Positions 13,208 through 26,064 of a stretch of DNA of 64,000 nucleotides are shown one piece after another. Where the stretch lies: NCBI RefSeq assembly GCF_006345805.1, contig NC_042998.1, positions 142,042,001 through 142,106,000 of the forward strand, in the 5' to 3' direction. The DNA comes from Octopus sinensis (Eukaryota). The stretch's first letter is position 1, and every line of letters starts with the position of its first letter. A program made the translations under genes and the position numbers. Below the pieces are notes generated by a model. That model worked only from the letters and a program-made list of their open reading frames with translations. It did no database searches and was not told the origin of the DNA.

Positions 13208-13435
13208 TATTTTCTGTGAGTGCAATACAGTAGTGTAGCTAAGGGTGTGCGGGTAGCAAACTTAAGCACTGCTCCGGTCAGCACAAAAGATATGTCCCTG
13301 ATACTATGCAATAAAGTTTTCCCTTGAAGAACAGTTGTGGACCTGCTCCCAAATGCACTACTAACATCCATTGCCGAAGATGCAATCAGCCACACCGACC
13401 AAGTGCGCGTAGTGAACGAATGCTATAAACTGCAT

Positions 13436-13492
<57 letters not shown>

Positions 13493-13742
13493 CTCACACA
13501 TACACACATATCTTTTATGCTTTACTTGTTTCAGTTAATTGATTGTAGCCATGCTGGGGTACCGCATTGAAGGGTTTTAGCCAAACAAATCGACCTCGAG
13601 ACTTATCTTTTTATTTTTAAGCCTAGTACTTATTCTATTGGTCTCTTTTGCTGAACCGCAAAGTTACATGAACGTAAACACACCATCATCGGTTGTCAAG
13701 CGGTGGTGGGGGACAAACACAAACACAAGCATAAAGACAAAG

Positions 13743-13775
<33 letters not shown>

Positions 13776-13837
13776 ATATATAATATAAAATGGGACAAGA
13801 ACGCAAAGCATCCAGACAGTTAGGCGATACAAAAAAG

Positions 13838-13873
<36 letters not shown>

Positions 13874-15269
13874 GGGCTTCTTTCAGTTTCTTTCTTTCAA
13901 ATCTACTCACAGGGTTTTGATCGGTGCGAGACTTTAGTAGAAGATCTGCTGAATTTGACACGCAGTAAGACTGAACCCGGAGCCATGTAGTTGGGAAGCA
14001 AGCTTCTTACCATTCAGCCAGACATTTCTCTGGAAGACATTTCTCAATACTGACGCTGGTTCCAGAGTTATGTATGCCAAAGTTAAGGTCAGGGTGGTTA
14101 GAACCCAGTTGTCGCTGAATTCCTTGATTTAATTGAACGCAAAAGTAACCTTCAAGATATCGTATTTATTTAATGACCATAATTAGACCCGAAACTTCTT
14201 CTATATTAGAAGGTATTAATCAATCGAATCCGTCGACCCCTAGAAATGAAGAGAGAAAAAAGATTCGATGTAATTTGAACTCAGAACATTAGAGACGAAA
14301 CTAACATATATTCTTTTCTACTTTAGGCACAAGGCCCGAAATGTTTCGAGAGGGGGCCAGTCGATTAGATTGACTACAGTACACAACTGGTACTTAATTT
14401 ATCGACCCCGAAAGGATGAAAGGCAAAGTCGACCTCGGCGAATTTAAACTCAGAACTTAAAGACAGACGAAATACCTCCAAGTATTTCGCCCGGCGTTGA
14501 TGGCAGAAATGTTAGCATGCTGCCATGAAACTAACATATATTATATGATATCTAACTCACCATGTTTCCGTGTCCGCCAGTTCCCCAGCTTTATGTCTTG
14601 AATATTAATGTCACATTTCTTATTCATATGTTAAATGATAAAACAAACGATATTAAATTTATCTTGAGTTTAAACAACTGAAGAGAAAATCAATAAAGTA
14701 TTATGCACAACACTCTATACATACAAAACAAAATAATGTTTCAAAAAATATAAATTTCTAAGGTTAATTAGTCTATGATATATTAACACTATTGGCTTTT
14801 TATCACACTTGCATTAAATAATATACTAGCTAAGTTAGTGTTAATATATTTAATATAGTGAACTGTGGACTCTAGCGTTAAACGGTGTTCTGCTGTTTCC
14901 AACAGTAAATCTGTCTTGTGGCATCAACTACACCTGAAGGGTTTATAGTTGATAAGTGATATAAATATACGGGGAATTTATAGGGAGGGCTGGGGGCTTC
15001 ACACTGAGGTTTGAATATGTCTACATTTTAATCTCACGCTAATCTGAAAATTAGAATGCAGTAAAATTTGGACACCAGCTTAGGCAGGCTTTCTACTATT
15101 ACGTCAATTATTTACAGCTTAGGCACAGATTAAAAATGGTGACGGGATGATATAATAAAAGGAGTGAAAAAGAAAGAGGTAATCAAAAAATAAATAACAA
15201 TAAACAAATGGGCCTATAGAGATGACATATCATAGAGATTGATAGTCTCTATATGTGTCTCATGCATAG

Positions 15270-15540
15270 CTGCTGCGCATATTGTGAATGGGTAGTCCGT
15301 CATCTCTCGAGAATCTGATATTTGATGAAGTAAATTCATTACTAAGTACTTCTACTTAATATATGGATAAGTCAATAAGTGCTGTCGCATGACTCCATAT
15401 TGATGTCAAATAAACCTGTACGATCTTATTTGTTATTAATCCCAAGCGAATTTCTTATTGAACAGTAAAATCATTTGAGTGTCCATAGTAATTTCCGAGT
15501 TGATTCGTTTATTTTGTTGTCTAGGGCGCTCTATGTATAT
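15270..15540 (-). mobile_element. PLE RT fragment (Naiad/Neptune-like), decayed
   Basis: Minus-strand translation with frameshifts gives LLFNKKFAW, LFDINMES and SRDDGL (codons 15293-15307), matching PLE RT motifs FD.TMGS and YRDDGL. Confidence 0.6.
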
Positions 15541-16364
15541 AATGATATTACAGTAAGGGTAAGGAAGTCCTCCCTCTATATAACATTATATAATTACTAA
15601 CTTGTAATCGCTAAAGTTGATAACCCTACCCTAGAATGTAAGAGGATATTGTTATACTTGGGGATGGTCATATTTTGCCGATTAAACACATGGCCTATAT
15701 ATTTGGTCTTCGCTTCAGCTTTATCACTATTACTTTAGTTTCTTTGTGACACCTCTCCAACTTATCTCACTGGTCTCCTTTTTTACTCATTATTCTATTT
15801 TGTCTTTCTGTGATATATATCATCTGCGCATGGGTTTGCATCTGTATCTGTGTGTGCGTGCGTGCATGCGTGTATGTGTGTGTGTGTGTGTGTGTGAATG
15901 TGTGTGCGTATGTCTGTGCTTAATATGAACATTTCAAAAGAATAAATGGAACACCAGTTTTATTGGAGATAGGGTTGAGTAGGGTAGGAAAAAAAATCAA
16001 AGGATTAGTATCTATAATGTCTAATTGAGCAAATCTTGAGTCGTGTTTGGTATTTGTATTTTTAAACTGACGCCTTTTTATTGCCGGAATTCGGGTTTTT
16101 CTTATCATTAACTATAATATTAACTATAATATGTTTACTGTTTGGTTCTATTTCTGATAAGAAATTGAGGCAAACGTTTGTTGTGGCTCTTAAAAGTGAC
16201 ATATGCCTCGCACTTAAGGACATTCTAATTTATTGGCTAATTTCAGATCCTGAGCTACATACTTTCGCTTCGATATTTATATTATTACATATTTGTGCGT
16301 TAGTCTGTCTATAATTGTTAGTGATGTTCGTATTTAGTAGCTTGTTTATCGTACTTAAATGTTT

Positions 16365-17430
16365 CTGGTCAAGCTAGGGCAGTTGCTCTTGATATCTTTA
16401 AGGCATTTGATAGGGTCTGGCATGCTGGACTTCTATGGAAGCGCCAATCCTTTGTGTGTCGGGTTTCATGCTGAACATCATCTCTTTCCTTTATGACCGT
16501 AGAATCAAAGTTGTTCTTGATGGTCAATCTTCACTTGGAGTTCCTCAAGATCTGTCCTGGGCCCAACCCTGTTTCTTCTCTTTATCAATGACCTACCTGA
16601 TTATATTATCTATCAGCTAGTAATCTATGCTGATGACTCTACTTTGTACTCTTGTTTGGACAAATCTGACGACTTGTCTGATAAGGTTGAGATCGTTGCT
16701 AACCTCGAGAATGATCTTCGATCTATTGTTGAGTGTCGTACGAAATGGCTTGTAATGTTCAATCCATCGTAAGCTAAGCTTCTTTCAATTAATCGCTTCA
16801 GACATCCTTTCTTCCCATCGGTTTCGATGGATGGTATTGACTTACCTGAGAGTCGTTCTCTTCGTCTCCAAGGAGTGACTTTCTGTAATGATCTTTTCTT
16901 GGAGGACTCACATTGAATCTATTGCCAAATCAGCTGTAATGAAGATAGGCTCACTCCATCGTTCGAGGAGTTATCTCACTCCTGAGACTATTCTTTATCT
17001 TTATAAGTCCAGCATTCGTCCAAGCATTCATTGAGTACTGTTGTCACATGCGGATTGTTTAACTCTGTTGGCCCGGATTCAACGCCATATTCGTAATGCT
17101 ATTGATCCTGGTCTACCTTCTAAATTGGATTCACTCTCTCATCGTCGTCGTGTGGCTTCCTTGTCTCTTTTCAATAAGTATTTTCATGGACATTGTTCAG
17201 CTGAGCGCTCTTCTCTGGTTCCTCCTTTAAGAACTTATCAGCGATCAACTAGACTTGCATCCAGTTCTCATCAGTATGCTGTGCAACCTTCTAAGTGTCG
17301 TAAAGCTCTTTACAGCACCAGTTGCTTCCCTCCCACCTCTGAACTTTGGAATTCCCTTCCCCAGTCTTGTTTTCCTCTTCAATATGACCAGCCTTTTAAG
17401 TCTAATGTACATCGTCATCTATTGACTTCT
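16365..17430 (+). mobile_element. CR1-clade (Zenon-like) LINE, 5'-truncated RT/C-terminal remnant
   Basis: AVALDI(F)KAFDRVWHAGLL, GVPQ, IYADDSTLYS, then LDSLSHRRRVASLSLFNKYFHGHCS. Multiple stops and frameshifts. Confidence 0.85.
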
Positions 17431-17891
17431 GTCTTGCGTCCATTTTATTCTAGTAGTTCTTACGTTTTCAGTAGTCTAAGGACCTTGTAACGAGCGAATG
17501 CGTTAAAAAAGTGTTATTTTTTACTTTCGATGGATTGTGGTATCGGAGAAAATAAAAATAAATATTATAGATTTTTAATAAACTTGAGGCCGATGCTAAG
17601 TTTTTAGTGGAGTTTTGGTTCACTTTTAGAAGTGAATGTTGATAAATCATGACTAAGGGATATGAGTAGGAAGGTGCTTTAGACATATGTGCAGGCATGC
17701 TCATGTGATTCAGAAGTTTGCTTCTCAGCCACGTGGCCTCTGGTTCGATTCCACTGCGCAGCATTATACCAGTGACTCTTGGCAGACGGAAACTGTGCTG
17801 AAGCTTGTCACACACACACATATATATATACATATATGCAAAAACGCGCGTGCAAACGCACACACATGCATACATGTACACACACATACAG

Positions 17892-17922
<31 letters not shown>

Positions 17923-18342
17923 TGTATGTAGTATGTATGTATGTATGTATGTATGTATGTATGTATGATCGGTGAAGACGTCCTACATTCTCAATGTTGA
18001 AATATTTGGTATAACGACTTCACTATCCTTTACTGATATCTTGAGACAGTAAATGAGTATGAACTTTAACCTTTCTACTTACGTGTCTGTATTTCTCCGA
18101 ATCATCATATATGTCATGTGGAAACTTGAATGATGATGGCTGGACACCATATAGTACGTATCGTCTGTTAGTGTGTGTGTGTGGATGCTTGCATTTGTGT
18201 AGTTGCATATGTGCGGCTGTGTATATATATGTGTGTGTCTGTGTCTCTGTGTGTACATAACCACACACATATATATAATTATATGTATGTATATATATAT
18301 ATGTAGCATATATATATGTATATATATATGTATGTATGTATG

Positions 18343-18376
<34 letters not shown>

Positions 18377-18463
18377 TGTATGTATGTATGTATGTATGTA
18401 TGTATGTGTGTATGTATGTATGTATGTATGTAAACACACGTGTGTGTACGTGTATCATACATA

Positions 18464-19079
18464 CTAGGGTTGATCAATAAGTATCCGGACTGTTGCCATA
18501 ATAACGAGGCTAAAGCTTGGCAAAGATTGACCTTGAATCCTGTTGTGAATGCGCACTAAATTTTAACGTTCAGATGTGCGTGCAGCTGTGAGGGGAAATC
18601 GTCGAATCACCATCCGTGAGTTATCAGGGGATGTGCAGATCAGTTACGGTCCAGTTCAGTCCATTATCACTGAAGATTTGGGTATGAGACGCGCGTTTGC
18701 CAAGTTTGTGCCAAAACTGCTTTCAGCTGACCAAAATGGCTCTCCGGTTTTTGATGCACATGATCTCCTAGATTGTATCGAGAACGATGAAAACTTTTTG
18801 AAAACTTTGCGTGGGCCTCTGAACAGGTATCGCCAAGTTTTGGGCAAAATTTGATGCAGATTCTCAGCTCAACTTTCTCTGTAATGGTCAATGCGTCGGT
18901 CACACGTTACACACCTTTCTTCCAAGCACTGTTGTAAACAGTGGAAGTGAGCTAGAACGTTAAAACTTAGTGCGCATGCATAACAGAGTCCAAGGTCAAT
19001 TTGTGCCAAGCGGCTTCAGTCTGTGTGCTTTAGCTTCGTTACTATGGCAACATCCCGGATACTTTTTGATCAAACCACG
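18464..19079. mobile_element. Non-autonomous mariner derivative with TIRs and two 5' ends
   Basis: TIRs GGGTTGATCAATAAGTATCCGGACTGTTGCCAT and its imperfect inverse at 19045-19079, TA on the left. Plus-strand transposase piece (ISYGPVQSIITEDLGMRRAFAKFVPKLLS) and minus-strand N-terminus (ELRICIKFCPKLGDT). Confidence 0.85.
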
Positions 19080-20002
19080 TGTATATACATATATATATAT
19101 AACATACATACATATTTGCATATACATACATACACTCACATGTATATATGCGTGTGTGTGCGTGTGAATATATATAAATATGTGTGTGTATGTGTGTGAG
19201 TGTGAATATATATATATATATTCATGTTTGTATATATTTCTGTGTGTTTATATATAAGTGTTTGGCTATACTTTTGTTATATGTTTGCATGTATTTGTAC
19301 ACGTGACTGTTTGTGCATACAAAGAGTAAGCAAACAAACAAACAAACGAATATAACAAAAACAAAAAGGAAAAGCGTTAACAAAGAAGAACGGTTTTGCA
19401 GAATTCCAAAAGATCTCAATCTCGAGCAGACGTTCACCTTTTTACACGGAATGTGTGTTTCTTTCTTTTGCTTCTTTTATTTAGTTTATAGAAACGGTCT
19501 AGCATTTAAAATTACTTTGGTAATGCCAGAAACAGATCGATATACAATGATATAATTACCATATCTCTCTAACACCATTGGCACACTTAAAAGCAACGTC
19601 ACCGCTGGACAGCGTCAGCGACATATAAAAACAATACAGTTTTTTTATATTAATAACCATGTTACCTTTAACGAATTAACATATAACATCATCATCATTT
19701 ATTCATTTATTTGTGTATTTATTCATTTATTTATCTATTTATTGCTAAGGCAGCGAGCTGGTGGAATAGTTAGCACGTTGGACCAAAATGCTTTGTGCGG
19801 TTATTCCGGCTCTTTACGTTTTGAGTTCAAATGCCGCTCAGGTTGACTTTGCTTTTCATCCTTTCGGGGTCGATAAAACAAGTACCAGTTAAACATTGGG
19901 ATCGATGTAATCGACTTACTACCCCTTCCCTTAATTTTCTGGTTTTGTGCCTATAGTAGAAATGATTATTATTGCATCGAAATAAGGCGAAGTACTAGCA
20001 GA

Positions 20003-21194
20003 ATCTATGGAAGGGACGTGTTCCACTCGTCAGACGGTGCATCTGTTGTCAACAGCTGCTGAGTGGAGGACTGGGCATGGCGTGGCTAATAATACGCAGA
20101 CATGCGTTGCGGCTGCGACTTCTCCAGCGTTTCCTTAACGGTGAGCAGGTGTAGTCGCCGTTCGTCAAACGGGACTTTCTGCAGCTCGTCTCATTGATGG
20201 AGCTACAGTCCTGGGGCAAGCGTAGACCAAGAAAGGCACTTGGCACCTGGAGTGTCGGCAAGCGCCCAGTTTTCTGCCAGTCGGGTAATGCGGTCGGTGG
20301 AAGTTACACTGTGGAGTTCTATAGGGGATTTGTAGAGGGGAAAGAACGACAACGTACTCGGGGAAATTCTGGGCACCGAGAGGGATCAACAGACTGGTTT
20401 TTTCCAGAGGACTTTCGGGCCGGGGCCTATCGATAACTTTCAGAAATCACTGGCCTGGTAGTGCTACCGGGGAGCTCTGTCGGTTCGAGACAAGCTCTAC
20501 AGGCACGGAAGTGCTGTCAGAAGAACCTGTACAAGGTGTGCGCTGGACGATGAAACCGTCCTGCATGCACTCGTCCAGTGTCCATGCATTACTGACTTGT
20601 GGAGCTGTTGTCACGTGCAAAACGGACCCGGTTACCAGCCGAATATATTGTGAGGATCGCTACGCTGCCTTCTTTTGGCCAGGAGGGAAAGGCAGTTTAT
20701 CTCTACCAGGTGGCTATAGCGAAAGATGTAGTGTGGTGGACGAGACCTAAAGGACTGAAGACAGACACTCTTCTCTTCGGCTTTTTCAAGTTCCACTTAA
20801 AAAAAGAGTGAGGGTACAGAGGGAAGTACTGCTCTCTAGTAATTTTGTTGAAAGGTAGGTGAATGTTGCGAAAATGGCTCGTATGAATGGGCCTACTCCG
20901 AATATTCGTCTGTAAACCGAAGCATTTGAGGGGCAGAAGGGTGCCTACCTAACATGCCCTTGACATTCGGGGTGACCAGGATGTGTGGGGTTACCAGGAT
21001 GTGTGAGGTTACCAGGATGTGTGAGGTGCCCTGGTTAACCCTGGGTGGAACTCCTTCCTATTGGGGAATATTTTTTGTTAACTGATTGTGTTTTTTATTG
21101 TTTTACGCGTTTTCTGTTCTAACCCCCACTTGTTCCTTGTTTTATATTGCCCCTAAATGTTTTTGTGTTCAGCCCTTGTGGTCAATAAAGAAAG
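20003..21194 (+). mobile_element. Tx1/L1-clade LINE, 5'-truncated 3' fragment (second subfamily)
   Basis: Frameshifted GKNDNVLGEILG...DNFQKSLAW.CYRGALSVRDKL..CTRCALDDETVLHALVQC, collinear with the ORF2 C-terminus of the 55201-60480 element. 3' UTR ends AATAAAGAAAGG. Confidence 0.85.
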
Positions 21195-21284
21195 GATTAT
21201 CATTATTACTATTTGTTGCAGTGAAAATGGTACTCCCCTTCCCAAGTGACAAAGTGGTATGAGCAGCCACTATAAAGTCAGAGT

Positions 21285-21570
21285 GGAGATGCAATGGCCT
21301 ATTGGTTAGGGCAGCGGACTCGCGGTTGTAGGATCGCGGTTTCGATTCCCAGACCGGTCGTTGTGTTTATTGAGCAAAAACACCTAAAGCTCCACGAGAC
21401 TCCGGCAGGGGGTGGTAGTGAACCCTGCTGTACTCTTTCACCACAACTTACTCTCACTCTTCCTGTTTTTGTTGTATTTGCATTTCAAAAGGCCAGCCTT
21501 GTCACATTCTGTGTCACGCTGAATCTCCCCGAGAACTACGTTAAGGGTACACATGTCTGTGGAATGCTCA
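21285..21570 (+). mobile_element. tRNA-derived SINE family C
   Basis: TGGCCTATTGGTTAGGGCAGCGGACTCGCGG...GGTTTCGATTCCC head. Similar to 8521-8830. Confidence 0.75.
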
Positions 21571-23990
21571 GCCACTTTCACACACACACACACACATATG
21601 CACGCACGCATGCACACACTCTAGTCACACCACACATATTCGCTCAAAGGATATTACACATATAAACACGCATAACAGCACGCGGATTCACACACATAAC
21701 ACAACTCATGTACTCACACACACACACGTAACGTTACAATCACATATGTACTCACACACGTATAACACAACACAAACACACATGATGTACTCACACAACG
21801 AAAAGTACAAACGTAAAACATACATCACAACAAACACTTCATCTCCTCGGATTTATAACACACACACATAACACCACATAGTTACACAGAAAACTTTATG
21901 CATACACATGCACACAAAGAAAACTATATGATGTACATTACATACTTTGACACAGACACTTCATTTCCCCAGATTTACAACACACATACACACACACAAA
22001 GCCACACAGATGCACGAATACCACATAGACACACGTAAGACCACATAGTCAGAGAAAACCACATTATGTACACTACATACACTTCATCTCCCCAGGTTTA
22101 TAACATGACAATTAAACAATGAATCACTAACTGACCTCGTGACCTGTAAAAGCATTCAGCGAAGAATTAAGGGCCTTGACCACAATGTTAAGACTTTCTC
22201 TTGCTCACAGCGCATTTAACATATTTCCATTGTTTGCTTTTATTCCAATCAATCTTGCTTACATAGACTGCCAATAGTCTCTTCCAGTTCTATTGATTAT
22301 ATTTAATGACTTATAACCAGTTTAACATATAATCTTTTGTCGCCGTGCCGTTTAATCTTCATGTTGCTATTACAAAATCATATAATATCATCAGTTACTT
22401 TACTCTGACACGTTTACTCAATGTACCACCGTATGTAACACTAGTGTACAATGAAAATATCCATATCTAATTTGAATTTCAGATTTTCTTACGCGTGCTC
22501 GTTTAGCACGGTTTTGGTTTTAATTTTAATTTAATTTTTTTCTTTTTTGCATATAAGCACATAACTGTAAAGGCAGAGACGCAAAATAGCTGTGTGGTTA
22601 AGAAGTAAACTTCACGACACTATCGTTTCGGGTCCACTGACGGCAGTATTCATCTTCGTATTTCGTTCTCTAGTTCTGTTTCGTTAAAAGTTGTGTTTTA
22701 ATTTTTGTAATTTTGGACATGTATTCTAATTTTTCATTAAATCTGCTTGCTTAAGCGATTCATTGTGCTGCTTTAAGGAATGACATTATAGAGATTCGCC
22801 GGATCTTGTTACCGAGTCAATCATTTTTATTGAAGATAGATGGATGTTCTGTGTTAAAAACATAATAAATATTGGAGGGAGACAAAAGCACCTGCGAACG
22901 AATACCCCAGTGGCTGGCCTATCAACGAAGTATTTACATTAAATATGGTACGTAGATAGCTTTTATAATTTAATACTGTCTCAATTGCGCATACTGGATT
23001 TTTTATCTAGACGTGTGGCTATTTGCAACAACAATAAGTGTTTTACAGTTCTATATTTAAGAGATGAGGAATTATGTACATTATTTACATTCGACGGATA
23101 TTTGTTCCCATCTTGTTTGTTGTTAACACAACGTTTCGGCTGATATAAAGTTCACAATGAAAAAGGAAAAAGACAATCAGCTGGCATTCTTGGACGTATT
23201 AATAACACACACCAAGCATAGATTTAGGACATCCGTATACCGCAAGCCGACCTTTACTGGACGATACCTCAACTTCAATTCCCACCATCCATACAGTGTG
23301 AAGAGAGGGATTGCTCAGTGCCTAAAACAAAGAACGAGCAAAGAATATTAGTAGCGATCGTGATATACACCACGAAGAAATGATCAATCTCAATAACGAT
23401 CTCTAAAGCAACAACTACCCCCAAAATATACTATCCACAATTATGAAGAAGAGAGAGGAGGAGGCCAATTAACTGTCCACAGTCAGTCTGCCCCATGTGA
23501 AAGGCCTCTCCGAAAAGATAGAAACGATATGCGGCCCATATGACATCAAGACAGTATTCAAGAGTAATACAACACTTCGCAAATAACTCCTTCGAGTAAA
23601 ACCACCAGTAGAAGTGAATATGACCAAAGACTGCATGTACTCCATCCCATGCAGCTGTGGTAGATTATACAAAGGCGAAACATGCCCCCCCCCTCAAAAT
23701 AAAGGTAGACGAACATCGCAAAGCTGTGACACGAGGAGATATTGATAAATCGAGTATAGCTGATCATGTATGGAAAAATGGAGACCACCTCCTCCTGTTG
23801 GATGAAGTTGAAATAATAGACAGAGAACACCACTGGAAAATATGAAAACTAAAAGAAGCAGCACATATGCTAGGACACAACAACCTCCTAAGCGGACCGA
23901 GTGCATATATGAGCAGCATATGGCAGCCGGTATTAGCGAAGGATAGAAAAATATTAGATTTATAAACCCTAAAATTCATTTCATAATTGC

Positions 23991-24052
23991 TTAGTGGTTA
24001 AGAGCGCGGGCTACTAACCCCAAGATTCCGAGTTCGATTCCAAGCAGTGACC
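23991..24052 (+). promoter_or_regulatory. tRNA-like module (A box/B box) inside the PLE pseudo-LTR
   Basis: TAGTGGTTAAG (A box), GGG-CTACTAA-CCC anticodon-like arm, GAGTTCGATTCC (B box). Confidence 0.6.
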
Positions 24053-24126
24053 TAAACAATAATAACAATAATAATAACATCGAAAAATACCTTAGGAATG
24101 AGAACCCAGGTTCGAAATTTCCCCAA

Positions 24127-24155
24127 GACACCTGAAGAAGCCCAAACGTTGTGTT
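24127..24155 (+). ncRNA. Decayed hammerhead in the PLE pseudo-LTR
   Basis: GACAC-CTGAAGA-AGCC-CAAA-CG-TT-GTGTT. The inverted copy at 23125-23147 keeps ...CAGCC-GAAA-CGTT-GTGTT. Confidence 0.55.
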
Positions 24156-24679
24156 AACAACAAACAAGATGAGGACAAATATCCGTCGAATGTAAATAAT
24201 GTAAATGAGTGTTTTATTCACGTTTGCCTATATAGGAAGCAATGAATTCTCGTTTGAGCATGAGACTGGCCGCGAGTACACGCCATTGAAAAGGCCGAAA
24301 TGCATCTGGTGTTCTTGCTGCAGCTGCTGGGACTAATTTTCGTGTCCCGTTGTTATTTATTGAATGCTGTATCAGAACAAACACTACAATAACGGGCCTA
24401 TCGACATATATTTGCAGTACGTATGATACATAGATGGCTATTTTAATTCAATACTTCCCGTTTCGTGTGGCGGATTATTTTGTATCTGATGTCACTAAGA
24501 ATGTCTTTAAATATTCTGGGCAAGGTCTTGCATGTCTGATATGTTAAAATTTCCCTCCTAATTTGAAGTTAGTTGCTATTTTGTTTTGTTATTCTGTTAG
24601 TGTTGGCTTTGTTGTACTGCCACTGTTATTTTCGCTGCTTTTGTCTGAGCAGGATGATTTCTGCCTTGCAATTCTAACA

Positions 24680-25600
24680 AATCTGGAAAATGAATTTATT
24701 CCACTTCATGAATTTCTTCTGTAGAGCAAGAATATTTGTTGCATAATTATTGCACTTTTCTACAGTGCATAGGAGACATATCTCGAAAGTAATTATTGAA
24801 GAATAGAGCTATCTATAATTACCATGTTTGTATCTATATTGTTTTAAGTTACAAATGTGTTTTGACAGAAACTTTGTACAGCTTTTGGAAACGTTTTTGA
24901 AAGAATATGTGTTGTATGTATCTGCTTTGAACGTCGATGTAGTTTTTGCTTCGATCTAGTCTCTGTAGGTATGTCTCGCTCGCAGTACTGTTACCTTTAG
25001 ATTGACTGTTTTTGTTAAGCATTTTCACTGAATATCTATATCTCTAGGTATTCGTTTATTTATATCTTGGATGACATACTTTTGGTTTCTTGTGCATCAG
25101 TTGCTAACTTTTATGCTGTTTCTGATGAATAGTTTTTTTGTTTTCAAGGTCGATTGGAAATGTTTAGTGTTAAAAAGTATTTTTGCCACATTTACAACCA
25201 CGTTTATCTGCAATAAAGATTGAACCAACAGATGTTTCGTTCTCTAGTTCTGTTTCGTTAAAAGTTGTGTTTTAATTTTTGTAATTTTGGACATGTATTC
25301 TAATTTTTCATTAAATCTGCTTGCTTAAGCGATTCATTGTGCTGCTTTAAGGAATGACATTATAGAGATTCGCCGGATCTTGTTACCGAGTCAATCATTT
25401 TTATTGAAGATAGATGGCTATAATATTCAATTACATACAAGATCCCTTCGTTTATTTTTCTTAGGATAATGTTTGAGAATATTTCCCTGGGATAAGGTTT
25501 AGTGCTATGTCTAGGAAATTTATTGTGTAAGTTTATTTTGAAGGTTACGACTTAACCAGTTTCACATACTCTTCTGATTTTCAAACGTTGAATGAGATAG
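24680..25600 (-). mobile_element. Decayed PLE (Naiad/Neptune-like): RT C-terminus, linker and GIY-YIG
   Basis: Minus-strand broken frames give INFLDIALNL, RK.N..ILYV, FNEKLEY, WFN, NVAKI..KHF..KLFIRNSIKVS, FLSKHICNLKQ. Confidence 0.65.
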
Positions 25601-25615
25601 ATAGACGTGGGGTTA

Positions 25616-25884
25616 TGCTTGCTTCTGACTGGAGTTTGAAAATTCTCATGTTTTTGTGGAGAGAACATGGCTCATTTGACCATGTCAGCCTTAACTTTTA
25701 GTGCAAAAAATATTGTCGTATGACATTAACGCACGGGCGTAGCAGGGAGCTTACATAAATTCTTAGCCTAATTATGTGATTATCATCTGTTAATCAAATT
25801 GTACCCTTAGCAGATCACCAATTTGAGTTATGTTCTCTTCATAAAAGCATGAGAATCTTTGAACTCCAGTCATAAGCAAGGCAG
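25616..25884. mobile_element. MITE-like element with ~65-bp imperfect TIRs
   Basis: CTTGCTTCTGACTGGAGTTTGAAAATTCTCATGTTTT...GAGAACATGGCTCA is the inverse of TGAGTTATGTTCTC...AAAAGCATGAGAATCTTTGAACTCCAGTCATAAGCAAG. Confidence 0.7.
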
Positions 25885-26064
25885 TTGCGACATAGCCCCA
25901 AGTCTATCTCACTTAACTTTTGAAAATCAGGAAAATCTATGAAACGCGTTAAACCTTTAAAAATAAATCACCTAACAACATCAAGTGTATTTGCAACTTC
26001 TTTTTCCTGTGTTTCTACCCGTGTAGAATAAAATAACTTCCCCCCCCCCCAAACCCACACATTC

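Larger units (their letters stand above)
23031..24205 (+). mobile_element. PLE (Penelope/Poseidon type), 5'-truncated, with an inverted 5' pseudo-LTR piece and a 3' pseudo-LTR
   Basis: 23148-23965 encodes LAFLDVLI..FRTSVYRKPTFTGRYLNFNSHHP (RT thumb) and CMYSIPCSCGRLYKGET...EHRKAV...SSIADHVW (GIY-YIG), with frameshifts. 23075-23134 is the reverse complement of 24144-24203. Confidence 0.9.

Noticed and set aside
24680-25600. UGA recoding (selenoprotein-type Naiad PLE)
   Set aside because: Stops are of all three types and come with frameshifts, and no SECIS was identifiable. Ordinary decay.
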